From NCBI GenBank assembly GCA_963842085.1, contig CAWJET010000001.1, positions 1,728,001-1,792,000 on the forward strand: a DNA stretch of 64,000 bases, read 5' to 3'. Below are positions 1 to 9,639 of this stretch, in pieces. The notes beneath the pieces were generated by a model, which saw only the letters and a list, made by a program, of their open reading frames with translations, had not been told where the DNA came from and did not search any database. Position 1 is the stretch's first letter, and each line of letters begins with the position of its first letter. The DNA comes from an uncultured delta proteobacterium (GTDB lineage: Bacteria > Desulfobacterota > Binatia > Binatales > Binataceae). A program made the translations under genes and the position numbers.

Positions 1-1
1 G

Positions 2-678
2 GACGAAATCGGCGAGATGCCCAGGGGGTTGCAGGCGAAACTCCTGCGCGTGCTCGAAGACGGCGTGGTGCGGCCGGTGGGAGCGGACCGGGCAACGCGG
101 GTCAATGTGCGCGTGATCGCGGCGAGCAACGTCGACCTGGCCGACGCCGTGGCAAAGGGCGCGTTTCGCGAGGACCTCTTCTATCGCCTGCAGGTGGTGC
201 CGATCGTGATTGCGCCGCTGCGCGAGCGTCGCTCGGATATCCCGCTGCTCACCGAGCACTTTTTGGAGCGCATCCGCGAGCGCCCACCCGGGCGCGAAAT
301 CGAAATCAGCCGCGAGGCGATGGTGGCGCTATGGTCGTACGATTGGCCGGGCAATGTGCGCGAGCTCGAGGATATGGTCGAGCGCCTGGCGATCCTGTGC
401 GAGAGCTCGATTATCGACACCTCGATTCTGCCGGAGAACCTGGTGCGCGACCGGCGACGCCTCCGGTCAGGGTCAAGTTGAGTGACGGCGGATTAAACCT
501 CAACAACTTGGTACGGGAATTGGAAGGTAGGTTGATCAACGATGCGCTCAAGCAAACCGGCGGCAACAAACAGGCGGCGGCGCGCTTGCTCGGACTCAAG
601 CGGACCACATTTTCCGCGAAGCTGAGGCGTTGCGGCGTGATAGCTCCGGCCGCTTTGGACGAAAGCGAGAAAGGTTAG
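2..678 (+). CDS. sigma54-dependent Fis-family (NtrC-like) transcriptional activator, 5'-partial, with an apparent frameshift near 440-455
   Basis: Frame 2 reads DEIGEM..LQAKLLRVLE..RVIAASN..FREDLFYRL..WPGNVREL (AAA+ activator motifs). The Fis HTH (ALKQTGGNKQAAARLLGLKRTT) continues in frame 1 to 678. Confidence 0.9.
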   Translation, partial: RNRRDAQGVAGETPARARRRRGAAGGSGPGNAGQCARDRGEQRRPGRRRGKGRVSRGPLLSPAGGADRDCAAARASLGYPAAHRALFGAHPRAPTRARNRNQPRGDGGAMVVRLAGQCARARGYGRAPGDPVRELDYRHLDSAGEPGARPATPPVRVKLSDGGLNLNNLVRELEGRLINDALKQTGGNKQAAARLLGLKRTTFSAKLRRCGVIAPAALDESEKG

Positions 679-694
679 GCGAGCAGGGAACTGT

Positions 695-1147
695 ATGGAT
701 GAAGGACTAAGGTCGCCTCAGATAATGGTGGTTGACGACGATCAGGACACCGTCGCAATCCTCGCCCGCCATTTGCAGCGCGAAGGCTTTGTCCCAATAG
801 AGGCCAACTCCGGAGCGCAGTGTCTCAAACTGGTTCAGGAAAACGAAGTCGACGTGATCCTCCTCGACCTCATGATGCCTGATATGGACGGCTTCCAGGT
901 GGTAAAGGCGCTCAGACAAAATCCCCTGACTGCCGAAATCCCAATCATCATGATTACCGCGCGCGACGATTTGGACGCGCGCGCCGAGGGGATGCGCTTG
1001 GGTGTCAGCGATTTTCTGGCCAAGCCGGTATTCCGCCGACAGCTCGCCGGCCGCGTCCGTGCCCAGCTCGAAGTGGTCGAGACCTCGCGCAATGCGACCG
1101 CCGCGATCGATCGCCTCGAAGCGGTGCGCAGGAATCGCTCGCAGTAA
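695..1147 (+). CDS. single-domain response regulator (receiver domain)
   Basis: VVDDD, LLDLMMPDMDG, IIMITA and FLAKP receiver motifs. Confidence 0.95.
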   Translation: MDEGLRSPQIMVVDDDQDTVAILARHLQREGFVPIEANSGAQCLKLVQENEVDVILLDLMMPDMDGFQVVKALRQNPLTAEIPIIMITARDDLDARAEGMRLGVSDFLAKPVFRRQLAGRVRAQLEVVETSRNATAAIDRLEAVRRNRSQ

Positions 1148-1309
1148 AAGCTCGCTCCAGGATTGCCGATCAGACTCCAGAGCTTGTTCTGCCGCAGCGC
1201 GCGCGCTGCACCCGATCGCATTGCCATCCCCTTACCCCTTCGACTACAAATTAGTTGCTGAGGGTCGCTTTCCGCGATCCTCGTCCGTGAGAACGAGGAG
1301 GACTTCGCG

Positions 1310-1678
1310 ATGGACGGTGAGGGCCGAAGACCGCAAGCCAACATAATTGCGGCGCTTACCTACCTGCTGGGCTTCGTCACCGGCCTGATTTTTCTGTACC
1401 TCGAGCCATATAATCAGGACGAATTCATTCGCTTCCACGCGCGCCAATCAATTGGCTTTTCGGTCGCGTGGTTTGCCATCGCCGTTGTCTTTGGGGTATT
1501 TATCGCAGTCCTGCCCCATGGATTGGGGGCGCTGTTCAATTTCATTCTGACCCTAATCGATATCGCTCTGGCCGTGTACTGGGTTTTCCTGATGTACAAG
1601 GCCTACAACGGCGAGCGCTACCGGATTCCCGAGCTGGCCGACATCGTCGACAGCATTGCGGGAACTCCCGCCGCGTAA
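1310..1678 (+). CDS. DUF4870-like small membrane protein
   Basis: ALTYLLGFVTGLIF..FIRFHARQS..KAYNGERYRIP pattern; three hydrophobic segments; GAGGA RBS upstream. Confidence 0.85.
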   Translation: MDGEGRRPQANIIAALTYLLGFVTGLIFLYLEPYNQDEFIRFHARQSIGFSVAWFAIAVVFGVFIAVLPHGLGALFNFILTLIDIALAVYWVFLMYKAYNGERYRIPELADIVDSIAGTPAA

Positions 1679-1689
1679 CGGCGCTTCTG

Positions 1690-1727
1690 TCTCCTCTCCG
1701 TATCAGGGAGAGGATGAAGGTGAGGGT
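1690..1727. repeat. REP-like palindrome of the CCTCTCC..GGAGAGG family
   Basis: ctcctctccgtatcagggagaggatgaaggtgagggt between convergent genes; similar to copies at 5753 and 5817. Confidence 0.5.
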
Positions 1728-1839
1728 CTCTGCACGGCGTGCAATTTTCGCACGCGATTCAAGATTCTGCCTCTTTGAGAACGCGCTCCGAGGCTATTCT
1801 CCTGATCGCGATGCCCGCTTCCGCACTACGTCGAGAACT

Positions 1840-4005
1840 CTACTTGGTCGGGACTGTCGCACCTGCGGTCTTCCCTGCAGCCGCTGCGTCAGACGTTTCG
1901 CCGGCCGGTTGTCCATTGGCGTCCGCTGCTTGATCGGTCCCGTCTTCGGCCGCCGCCGGCGATGGGACGACCTGTGACTGGATGTTCGCGGTGCCCTGCT
2001 GCGCCAGACGCAGGCTCGGCTCGCGGTTGATCGCGTCGAGCACGCGGCGCGAAATTTCGTCGGTGATTTGCGGCGCGGTGTAGGTCTCGGCCGGATAGCG
2101 AATGACTATTTCCAGGCCGGTCTGGCTCAGACGCAGGCGGCTTTGCGGCTTGGGCGTCTCGAGCATGATATTGAGGTCGCGCTCGAGATGCCGGTAGTCG
2201 CGCATCACGCGGTCGCGATAGCGCGCGAACACTTCGTCGACGGCGTCGAGCAGCCGCTTCTCTGCCAGCCGGTAATCGACGTCGGGCGCGAGCGTCAGCC
2301 GCACTTCGTTCCAGACGAAGCTGGTCCCGGGCGCCTGCTTGAAAAAGTTGCCCGACGGCTGAAACACGATCGCGTTGGAGAACACCGCCACCCGGCCGGT
2401 GGGCCCGCGATGCGTCCCGCTGCCGCCGAGTTCCATCAGCGATAATTTCACCAGCCCGATATCGATCACGTCGCCGGTCACGTTGCCGATTTGAACGCGG
2501 TCGCCGGCCTTGATTCCGAAGCGCCCGATCAGAAAGAAGTAGCCGGCGATCGACAGAATCACGTTCTGCAGCGCGACCGCGATACCGGCGGCGGCAAATC
2601 CCACCACCGTTGCGGCCGATCCGATCTCGTCGGCGAAATTCAGCAGCAGGATGATCACGATGAGCAATCCGAGCACCAGGCGCCGCGCCGCCATCACCTG
2701 CCCGCGGCGCCGGATGTCGGTCACGTAGCGATTCGTCAGCCATCGCCACGCCATCGCGCCGAGGAAGATCAGAAGCAGGGTGCCGCCGAGTACGATCAGG
2801 CGGATGACGAGGCTGCGGAATTCCCGGTTCCTGCGCTGTACGACCGCGGCATGCCAGCGGCCCACGTTGTTGCTGTAAATGCCCAGCAGCACGATCTGCT
2901 TGCTGAGCGGCAGCGCCGCTGCGCTCAGGAGCTTGTGCTCTTCGAGCAGGTTCTCGAATGCCTTCCTGCGGTCTTTCAGAGTCGCGATGTCGGCGGCGCC
3001 GGCGCCCTGCGCCAGTGCGCTGCCGCGCGCGTCGAGGCTGGAGATCAAGCTGATGATCGATTTGCGGACGCCGGCGGCGCGCGCGGACAGCCCTTGCGCG
3101 AGCGCGACGTTCTGGTCCAGGGCGTCGAGCTTGTTGCTGAGCGCGAACAGTTCGGTGACGAGGCTGATAATCCCGGCGGGCTCGGCTCTCGCCGCGAAGG
3201 CCTTCTCGACCGGGATGGCCAGCGCTTTCTTGTTGCTGTCGGAAATCGATTGCTCGAGCTCGTCTATTTGAGAGGCGAGCGTACCGGCCTGGTCGGGCGA
3301 CGAGCTGCCGCTTTCGAACTGCGCGACTGCGTTGAGTGCGTCGAGGCGCGCCCGGTTGAGATCGAGTTCGCTCTGCGCGCCTTGAATTTCGGACGTGATA
3401 GTCGCGCGTTGGCGCGCGGGCGCCTTGGCGAGCTGCCCCTGCAAATCCTTGATGCGTGCGCCGAGTTTGGCCGCGGCGGCATCGAGCGTCGCGGCACTCT
3501 GCGTGACATTGCCCAAGCCGGCGGCGCCTGAAGGCGAGGTGCTGGGTCCGGCAGCGGCGGCGCTTGGGTTGAACTTGGCGATATACGCCGCTTGCGCGTG
3601 TGCGTATTCGAAAGCCAGCTGCAGGACTTCGCCGGCTACCTGGCGGTCATCGGCAAAAAAAAGCGTCTCGTCCGGGTCGCTCACGAGCTGCCCCTCTACG
3701 CCGAGATGCCCATACCAGTTGATCACGTCGGTCAGGTACGCGATGACGCCGTGCGCATCGGGCGGCGACGCGCCCGCCGACGCGCCGACTGCCGCAGGAC
3801 TCGACGCCGCCGCAGGCTGCGCCGTGGCGCTCGCACCGGCGCCCCGCACCGCCGCCGATGGCGCCGCAGCCGCGCCTTGCGACCCGGTCGCAGGACTCTG
3901 CGCGAATGCGGACGCGCTCGCAATTGCCAGCACAATCGCAAACGCACCTGCGACGCCGAGGCGCATTACGGCCGAGAGAATCAAAGTCCTGCAGCGAAGA
4001 CGCAT
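1840..4005 (-). CDS. MscS-family mechanosensitive channel with large N-terminal periplasmic helical domain
   Basis: Signal peptide, Ala-rich linker, coiled-coil region, then GIAVALQN..IKAGDRVQIGNVTGDVIDIG MscS motif; exact start uncertain. Confidence 0.9.
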   Translation of the reverse strand: MRLRCRTLILSAVMRLGVAGAFAIVLAIASASAFAQSPATGSQGAAAAPSAAVRGAGASATAQPAAASSPAAVGASAGASPPDAHGVIAYLTDVINWYGHLGVEGQLVSDPDETLFFADDRQVAGEVLQLAFEYAHAQAAYIAKFNPSAAAAGPSTSPSGAAGLGNVTQSAATLDAAAAKLGARIKDLQGQLAKAPARQRATITSEIQGAQSELDLNRARLDALNAVAQFESGSSSPDQAGTLASQIDELEQSISDSNKKALAIPVEKAFAARAEPAGIISLVTELFALSNKLDALDQNVALAQGLSARAAGVRKSIISLISSLDARGSALAQGAGAADIATLKDRRKAFENLLEEHKLLSAAALPLSKQIVLLGIYSNNVGRWHAAVVQRRNREFRSLVIRLIVLGGTLLLIFLGAMAWRWLTNRYVTDIRRRGQVMAARRLVLGLLIVIILLLNFADEIGSAATVVGFAAAGIAVALQNVILSIAGYFFLIGRFGIKAGDRVQIGNVTGDVIDIGLVKLSLMELGGSGTHRGPTGRVAVFSNAIVFQPSGNFFKQAPGTSFVWNEVRLTLAPDVDYRLAEKRLLDAVDEVFARYRDRVMRDYRHLERDLNIMLETPKPQSRLRLSQTGLEIVIRYPAETYTAPQITDEISRRVLDAINREPSLRLAQQGTANIQSQVVPSPAAAEDGTDQAADANGQPAGETSDAAAAGKTAGATVPTK

Positions 4006-4123
4006 CGCGGTTAGTCGGGACCCGGCGAGCGCACGCCCGCTCCGATCCGAAAATTAACCTTACCACGCGTCAACGCGACAGTTCGATTGGCGGCAGACTG
4101 TCGGCTTGGACCGTATCCCCAAG

Positions 4124-4241
4124 CCCCTTCTAACAGGGATGACGTCCCGCATCTTTTCTTAGCATCGGGTGCAGGGGATGCGCCGGGGGCGATCGCCCCT
4201 GCCCAAGGAAGCGTGAAACCCACCGCGGGTTTCACATTCAA
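4124..4241 (+). repeat. dispersed repeat family A, copy 1 (contains GTGAAACCC-N5-GGGTTTCAC hairpin)
   Basis: Near-identical to the reverse complement of 5413..5497 and to 7023..7095. Confidence 0.85.
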
Positions 4242-4249
4242 GTTCTGTT

Positions 4250-5311
4250 CTACCCCGCCGCCGGCGCCAGATCTGCGTAGCGCGCGGGCGGCGTCCACGG
4301 CGTGCCGAGCGCATCGAACTCGCGCATCAGCGCGTCGATGTCGCCGACGTTGGCGGTCCTGCGGATCAGATCGCGGACCATCACGGGCCGCTCGTTCAGC
4401 CGCTGACGAAGCATCGCGCGAATCCCGCGCTCCGCAAGGTCGTTGACGACCTTGCGCCCGGAGACGGGCTTGCCGTCGAGCGTGAGCAGCGTGCGCGCCT
4501 GGATTTCGGACAGCGCCGTGCGCAGGTACTCGACGTGCGGCGCTTCGTCGGAGCGGATGTAGCGCACCAGGTTGGCGGCGTCGTCGGGCGCATCGGAGAC
4601 TTCGGGATCGGACAGGATTTCCTCGGCCCACGCGAACGTCGACGCAGCAAAGACCTCGATCGCCAGCACGTTGACCATGAAACGAATCAACCGCTGGACC
4701 GGCTCGCCAAGCTCGGGGAAAAGCGCCGCAGGCTGCCCGGCGCCGCGCCGCGCGATAAGGTTGGCGTAAATTTCGGGCGAGATTGCGGGATTGGATAGCG
4801 CCGCGTCGCGCGCCGCGTCCCACATCTGGCGATGGCCGCCCTCTTCGGTCCATCCCGCTTCGTCGCGCGCGTGCGCTTCGAACAGGCCGCTCGTGAGATG
4901 GGCCAGCGCGGTGCCTGCCGTGTCCTCGCGGATGAAGGTGTTAAGCGGCGGCACCGGCAGGTCGCGAATCATCGCGCCGAAGCCCTCGACGATCGCGATT
5001 TCCGACAGCCATCGCACAAACGGCTCGCGCACACCCGACCGCAGCAGAAATTTCACCTGCGCAACATTAGGCACCTGCGGCGAGACGGTGTCAGCCGGAA
5101 TCTCAAACAGCGCCGTCCCCGAAGTTGCGACATGCTGCTCCTGCCAGGCCTCGATCGCCGGCACCCGAAACGCAGTCCGCGGCGACCGGTAATTGCCGTC
5201 CGCATCGAACCCGCCATGGCACTTAACGCCCTTGACGATGAGCGGCTCGCGCGTCGGCACGTTGGCGAGTATTTCTTCGGTGGAAAAGTTCAATCGCGAT
5301 TCATGAGCCAT
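4250..5311 (-). CDS. ferritin-like (di-iron carboxylate) hypothetical protein
   Basis: 353 aa with E and ExxH-like ligands: IVEGFG, HARDEAG..GH, IEVFA, SDEAPHV. Confidence 0.75.
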   Translation of the reverse strand: MAHESRLNFSTEEILANVPTREPLIVKGVKCHGGFDADGNYRSPRTAFRVPAIEAWQEQHVATSGTALFEIPADTVSPQVPNVAQVKFLLRSGVREPFVRWLSEIAIVEGFGAMIRDLPVPPLNTFIREDTAGTALAHLTSGLFEAHARDEAGWTEEGGHRQMWDAARDAALSNPAISPEIYANLIARRGAGQPAALFPELGEPVQRLIRFMVNVLAIEVFAASTFAWAEEILSDPEVSDAPDDAANLVRYIRSDEAPHVEYLRTALSEIQARTLLTLDGKPVSGRKVVNDLAERGIRAMLRQRLNERPVMVRDLIRRTANVGDIDALMREFDALGTPWTPPARYADLAPAAG

Positions 5312-5412
5312 CGAAAGTTCACCTGGTTTCGTGCGTCGCTGCTATTCGCCTAACATACGTTAGGGTCGGGAAATGAGTCAACGAGGTGCGGGGAAGCGGG
5401 AACTTAATTTCA

Positions 5413-5497
5413 ATGAAACCCGCCGTGGGTTTCACACTTCCTTGGGCAGGGGCGATCGCCCCCGAAAGATGCGGGACTTCGTCACTGTTAGAAGGGG
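5413..5497 (-). repeat. dispersed repeat family A, copy 2 (inverted relative to copy 1)
   Basis: tgaaacccgccgtgggtttcacacttccttgggcaggggcgatcgcccc..aaagatgcgggac..ctgttagaagggg. Confidence 0.85.
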
Positions 5498-5526
5498 TTG
5501 GCAAGGAAATGGTGGCGCTGTCTTCG

Positions 5527-5737
5527 TGTCATTCTAGAGCGAATTTGCCGGACTCCGATCTGATTGATAAAAAGAGAGGGCTCGCGTTCGAGACACAGCT
5601 TTCCGGAGCCGGGATTCTTCGCTCCGCGGACTCCGCTCTGAATGACACAAGGAAGAGGTCTTAATTTTGAGGTCGCCTTTCATTCCGAGTTCTTTGTCCT
5701 TTTTGTCATTCAGAGCCGCTGCGGCGAAGAATCCCGG
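5527..5737. repeat. repeat family B (TGTCATTC..GAATCCCGG / CCGGGATTC..GAATGACA) units
   Basis: 5609..5647 and 5704..5737 are inverted copies of each other; partial unit at 5527; same family at 58518..58606. Confidence 0.8.
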
Positions 5738-5752
5738 ATCCGCTTGTCTGAT

Positions 5753-5856
5753 TCCCCCTTTCCGCCCCGGAAAGGGGGTTAGAGGGATAGGACGCCGGAC
5801 GCGCTTCGACTTCTTTTCCCCTTCCCCATTTTTCCTGGGGAAGGGGTCAGGGGTTT
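5753..5856. repeat. repeat family C, two CCCC(T)TTCC..GGAA(A)GGGG hairpin units
   Basis: ccccctttccgccccggaaaggggg and ccccttccccatttttcctggggaagggg. Confidence 0.7.
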
Positions 5857-6477
5857 ACTCAGGTAACTCGCGAAATCGAGACGGCTATCGCGTTTTTCAA
5901 AGGGCGAGTAAATAAGGTGCGTCGGCAACTGGGGAAGAACGATCACGAGATCGTCACAATCACCGCGTTGCGAGGCGCGTGCATCACCTTCGCGGAAGGT
6001 ATCGGCGGGGTTAAGTATGGCACACGACCCGTACCGGTGGCGGAGGCGCGGATTCCGCTCATAAGGGAATACGCGACGGAGTGGTTGCGCGAGGTCACGG
6101 CTGCGATTGGACCTGCGATGGAAGATTCACAGAGCTTGGCTGCGGCGCCAACGGTGCTTGCCGCGATCGGCGCGGTCGGTCACGAGCTGCTTGACTTCAA
6201 CGATCGAGTTGCCCGCGCAGCGCGAACGGAGTCCTTGATCGAGCAACTGAAATCCGTCGACTGGCGGCGCGGTAAGCATTGGGAAGGAATCGCCGGAAAG
6301 TACACGCCCAAGGGCAGCTTCTCGGTTGGCGGCAGCAAGGAAACCGCCTATGCAGTATACGCCGCATTGAAAGATCGGAATTCCCCAAGCTACGGAACGA
6401 TTCGGCATCAGACCTCTCAGCCCGATGCTGGAGAAACAACTCAGAGTACGGGAGAAGTAACTCAGGCTCAGGCTTGA
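5857..6477 (+). pseudogene. 5'-truncated DndB/DGQHR-like protein fragment
   Basis: The frame is open from the repeat edge (TQVTREIETAIAFFKGRVNKVRRQL..) with no RBS. The C-terminal DWRRGKHWEGIAGKYT..FSVGGSKE resembles DndB-like proteins from recall; the DGQHR motif itself is absent. Confidence 0.5.
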
Positions 6478-6500
6478 GAAGACGTTTCAGCGATACCACA

Positions 6501-6530
6501 CGGGAGCCGGAGTGCCGTAGCTCCGGCTCT
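6501..6530. terminator. hairpin, probable terminator
   Basis: gggagccggag-tgccgtag-ctccggctctc inverted repeat just after the 6477 stop. Confidence 0.5.
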
Positions 6531-6644
6531 CGGCTGTCTCGGCGAGTTTGGCGCGTTACGATTTTTCAGTTCGACAGATCGTCGAGTTCCTTGAGGATTC
6601 GGTGATTAACTTTTCGTCTTCGTGTGTCAATTCGATTGATTGTA

Positions 6645-6692
6645 GTGAAACCCGCCGCGGGTTTCACTCTTCCATGGCCAGGGGTGCCCCCT
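6645..6692 (-). repeat. dispersed repeat family A, copy 3 (partial)
   Basis: gtgaaacccgccgcgggtttcactcttccatggccaggggtgccccc. Confidence 0.75.
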
Positions 6693-7022
6693 GAACTTTT
6701 CAGCCTTATGCAGTAACGCCCGCCGTGTTATCCAATAGTGGATGAGCAACCATCGGGACGCCTCACGCTCGCGCACTCGCACCAAATCCCGTCGCGACTC
6801 GGCATTGTGCCGGAGGTGACAACTCACGCCGCGTAAAATATTAATTTTGATGGAACGAACCCACCGACAGTAGTGCTATCTTCCCATCACCACTACGTAT
6901 GGTATTTTTCGTCTCAAAAGCGAAAACTCAATTACATCCTTTTTCACTCGAAAACCAGACGAACCGCGCATCAAACGTTCACCTTCCGGCGATCTTTGCC
7001 AGCGCCGGACCTGTCCTTCACT

Positions 7023-7095
7023 GGGTGCAGGGGATGCGCCGGGGGCGATCACCCCTGCCGAAGGAGGTGTGGAACCCACCGCGGGTTTCACATTC
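7023..7095 (+). repeat. dispersed repeat family A, copy 4
   Basis: gggtgcaggggatgcgccgggggcgatcacccctgcc..aacccaccgcgggtttcacattc matches 4167..4239. Confidence 0.85.
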
Positions 7096-7194
7096 GATCA
7101 AGTTCTGCCCATGCCTACGGTGCTGACCGCATTGCCGCTCGCAGTCTTTTGCATCCGGATCGGGGCCTTTGTAGCTTAACCAAGGATTTCTTCG

Positions 7195-8775
7195 ATGGCT
7201 GCCACCCCTAAACCACCGCAACCGACCCACGAGGTCCACGAGTTCTCCTCGACGCGTAAGTGGGTGATCGCGTTCTCCGTGATGCTCGGCACCGTGCTCG
7301 AGGTGCTCGACTCGTCGATTGTCAACGTCTCGCTGCCGCATATGCAGGGCAGCTTCTCGGCCAGCGTCGACGAGATTGCGTGGGTCGTTACGTCGTACCT
7401 GGTCGCGGCGGGAATCATGATCCCGATGACCGGGTGGATCGCCGAGCGCTTCGGGCGCAAGCGCTACTTCGTCGCGGCGATCGCGATGTTTATCGTGTCA
7501 TCGGCGCTGTGCGGCGTGGCGCAATCGCTCAACCAGATCGTGTTTTTCCGCCTGATGCAGGGGGCGGCGGGCGCGGCGATGATGCCGTTGTCGCAGGCCA
7601 TCCTGATGGAGACGTTCCCGCCGCGCGAGCAGGCGATGGCGATGGCGGTGTGGGGAATCGGCATGATGGTCGCGCCAATCATGGGGCCGACGATCGGCGG
7701 CTATATCACCGACGCGTGGAGCTGGCGCTGGAATTTCTACATCAACGTGCCGATCGGCACGCTGGCGGCGTTCATGGTCTATCGCTTCGTCGACGACCCG
7801 GCGTATATGCGCAACCTGCGGCGCGGGCGCGTCGACCTGCTCGGTATCGCCTGTCTGTTCGTCTCGCTCGGCCTTGGCGAAATCGTGCTGGATCGCGGCG
7901 AGCGCGCCGACTGGTTCCACAGCGGATGGGTGGTTTACTGCACGGCGGCCGCGCTCACCGCGCTCGCGATCCTGATCTATCACGAGCTGCACACCAAGGA
8001 CCCGATCGTCGATCTCTCGATTCTCGAGAACATGAACTTCACGCTGCCGGTGACGCTGGTGATTTTTCTGACCTTCACGCTCTACGGCACTGCTATTCTG
8101 AATCCCGTGTTCCTGCAGGAGACGCTCGGCTACACGGCGTCGAAGGCCGGGCTGGTGATGGCGCCGCGCGGCTTCGGCACGATGGCTTCGATGATCGTGC
8201 TCGGCACGATCGCGCGCCGCGGTGGCGACATCCGGCCGCTGGTCGGCATCGGCTTCATCCTGGTCGCGCTCGCGATGTGGCAGATGTCGGGGCTGAATCT
8301 CGCCTCCGACGTGCGGCGAATCGTGTGGCCCACAGTTGTACAGGGAGTGGGAACCGGGTTGATATTCCCGGGCTTGTCGGCTGCCGCGCTGAGCTCGATG
8401 GAGAAGTTCAAGATGGGGCGCGCGGCAAGTCTCTATGCGGTCACGCGCAACCTGGGCGCCGCGATCGGCACCTCATACCTGACCACCCTGCTGATACATC
8501 GCCAGCAGGTCAATCAAAGCTACCTCGTCCAGCACATCACGGTTTTCACGCTGCCGCATATGCAGATGCCGGGCGGTCTCAACCTGGGCAATGAATTCGC
8601 GATGGGGCACAAGCACGGCATGGCGATGCTGTACGGAATGGTGCAGCGGCAGGCGGCGATGCTGTCGTTCAACGACATCTACCGAATCCTGTGCGTGCTG
8701 ATGCTCGTGCTGGTGCCGACGTTCCTGCTCCTCCAGCGCGACACGCGCAATCTGCCGGCCGAAGCGGCCCATTAG
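7195..8775 (+). CDS. DHA2-family (EmrB/QacA) MFS efflux transporter
   Basis: LEVLDSSIVNVSLP, WVVTSYL, FGRKRY, WRWNFYINVPIG; about 14 TM segments. Confidence 0.95.
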   Translation: MAATPKPPQPTHEVHEFSSTRKWVIAFSVMLGTVLEVLDSSIVNVSLPHMQGSFSASVDEIAWVVTSYLVAAGIMIPMTGWIAERFGRKRYFVAAIAMFIVSSALCGVAQSLNQIVFFRLMQGAAGAAMMPLSQAILMETFPPREQAMAMAVWGIGMMVAPIMGPTIGGYITDAWSWRWNFYINVPIGTLAAFMVYRFVDDPAYMRNLRRGRVDLLGIACLFVSLGLGEIVLDRGERADWFHSGWVVYCTAAALTALAILIYHELHTKDPIVDLSILENMNFTLPVTLVIFLTFTLYGTAILNPVFLQETLGYTASKAGLVMAPRGFGTMASMIVLGTIARRGGDIRPLVGIGFILVALAMWQMSGLNLASDVRRIVWPTVVQGVGTGLIFPGLSAAALSSMEKFKMGRAASLYAVTRNLGAAIGTSYLTTLLIHRQQVNQSYLVQHITVFTLPHMQMPGGLNLGNEFAMGHKHGMAMLYGMVQRQAAMLSFNDIYRILCVLMLVLVPTFLLLQRDTRNLPAEAAH

Positions 8776-9639
8776 GAAAAAAATTTTCGAGAGCTTAAAT
8801 CTTTTTCAGCGGACCGCGACTGGACTTGCGGTCATCGCCCGTGCAACGGAGGATTTGTTCTCTTAATCCTGGCGCGCTCATCGATCGCCACGCGACGCAT
8901 CGGGATCCGCCGCCGTTGGCGGCCACACCCGCAAGTGTCGCATACGCGACAAACCCCAGCCCGGCTTGGAGCACGCTGGATCATTTATTCCGATTCGCTT
9001 GCGGGTAGACGTGTCGAACCGCCGATAGAAGCTCATTAGCGCATCTCATTTTGCGGCAGTGGGCGCGATTCGATCGCGCGTGAAAAAGGGCACTTGGGCC
9101 ACCGGTTGTCAAGTTCGCCGTCGAATCTTAATCGCTCGCACGATGTTGCCCGACCACGGTACGCGCGCTAGTTAAGATGCCATCTAACTGATCGTTAGTC
9201 TTGGTGGCCTGAAAACGTCGCGCGGAACGCAACCGCCAAGTCGGGGGATTTGACGACCGAGTCGACGCGCGCATTATCCATCGAGCTGCTGCTTGGTTTG
9301 AGTTGTGGTGCGGGCAGGCGGGCGGGCATCGCGAGATGCCGAGCGGGCTGATGGTCCGATGAAAAGAGCCGGTGCGCATGGCGCAGTTTTGCTTTGGCGC
9401 TTTTCGATCTCGCAGCCCTGAACTCGGCGCCGCCGGGCGCCGCGGCGGGCGTTGTTGGCGCGACGCGAAGGCTCCTGGACGACGCATTTCCTGCTCTCCC
9501 CGAATCGATTTCTCACGCATTACTCGCGGTTCCAATTCAAAATTTGAAATATCTGTCCGACGGCCCCTGATGGTGTCCGGCGGCAAGGCCGCGCGCGCGG
9601 CATGCCGACCGGAACTCGAAGCCCTGGGAGGTTGAGACT

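Noticed and set aside
9346-9370. Hammerhead-like CTGATG..GAAA
   Set aside because: The core reads CTGATGG rather than CTGATGA, and no stem II or flanking stems form.
9379-9393. Sigma54 promoter-like TGGCGCAGTTTTGCT
   Set aside because: GG-to-GC spacing is 9 nt rather than the required 10.
9565-9620. Fluoride-riboswitch-like GATGGTGTCC
   Set aside because: P1 does not pair properly and the downstream GCTGATGAC element is missing.
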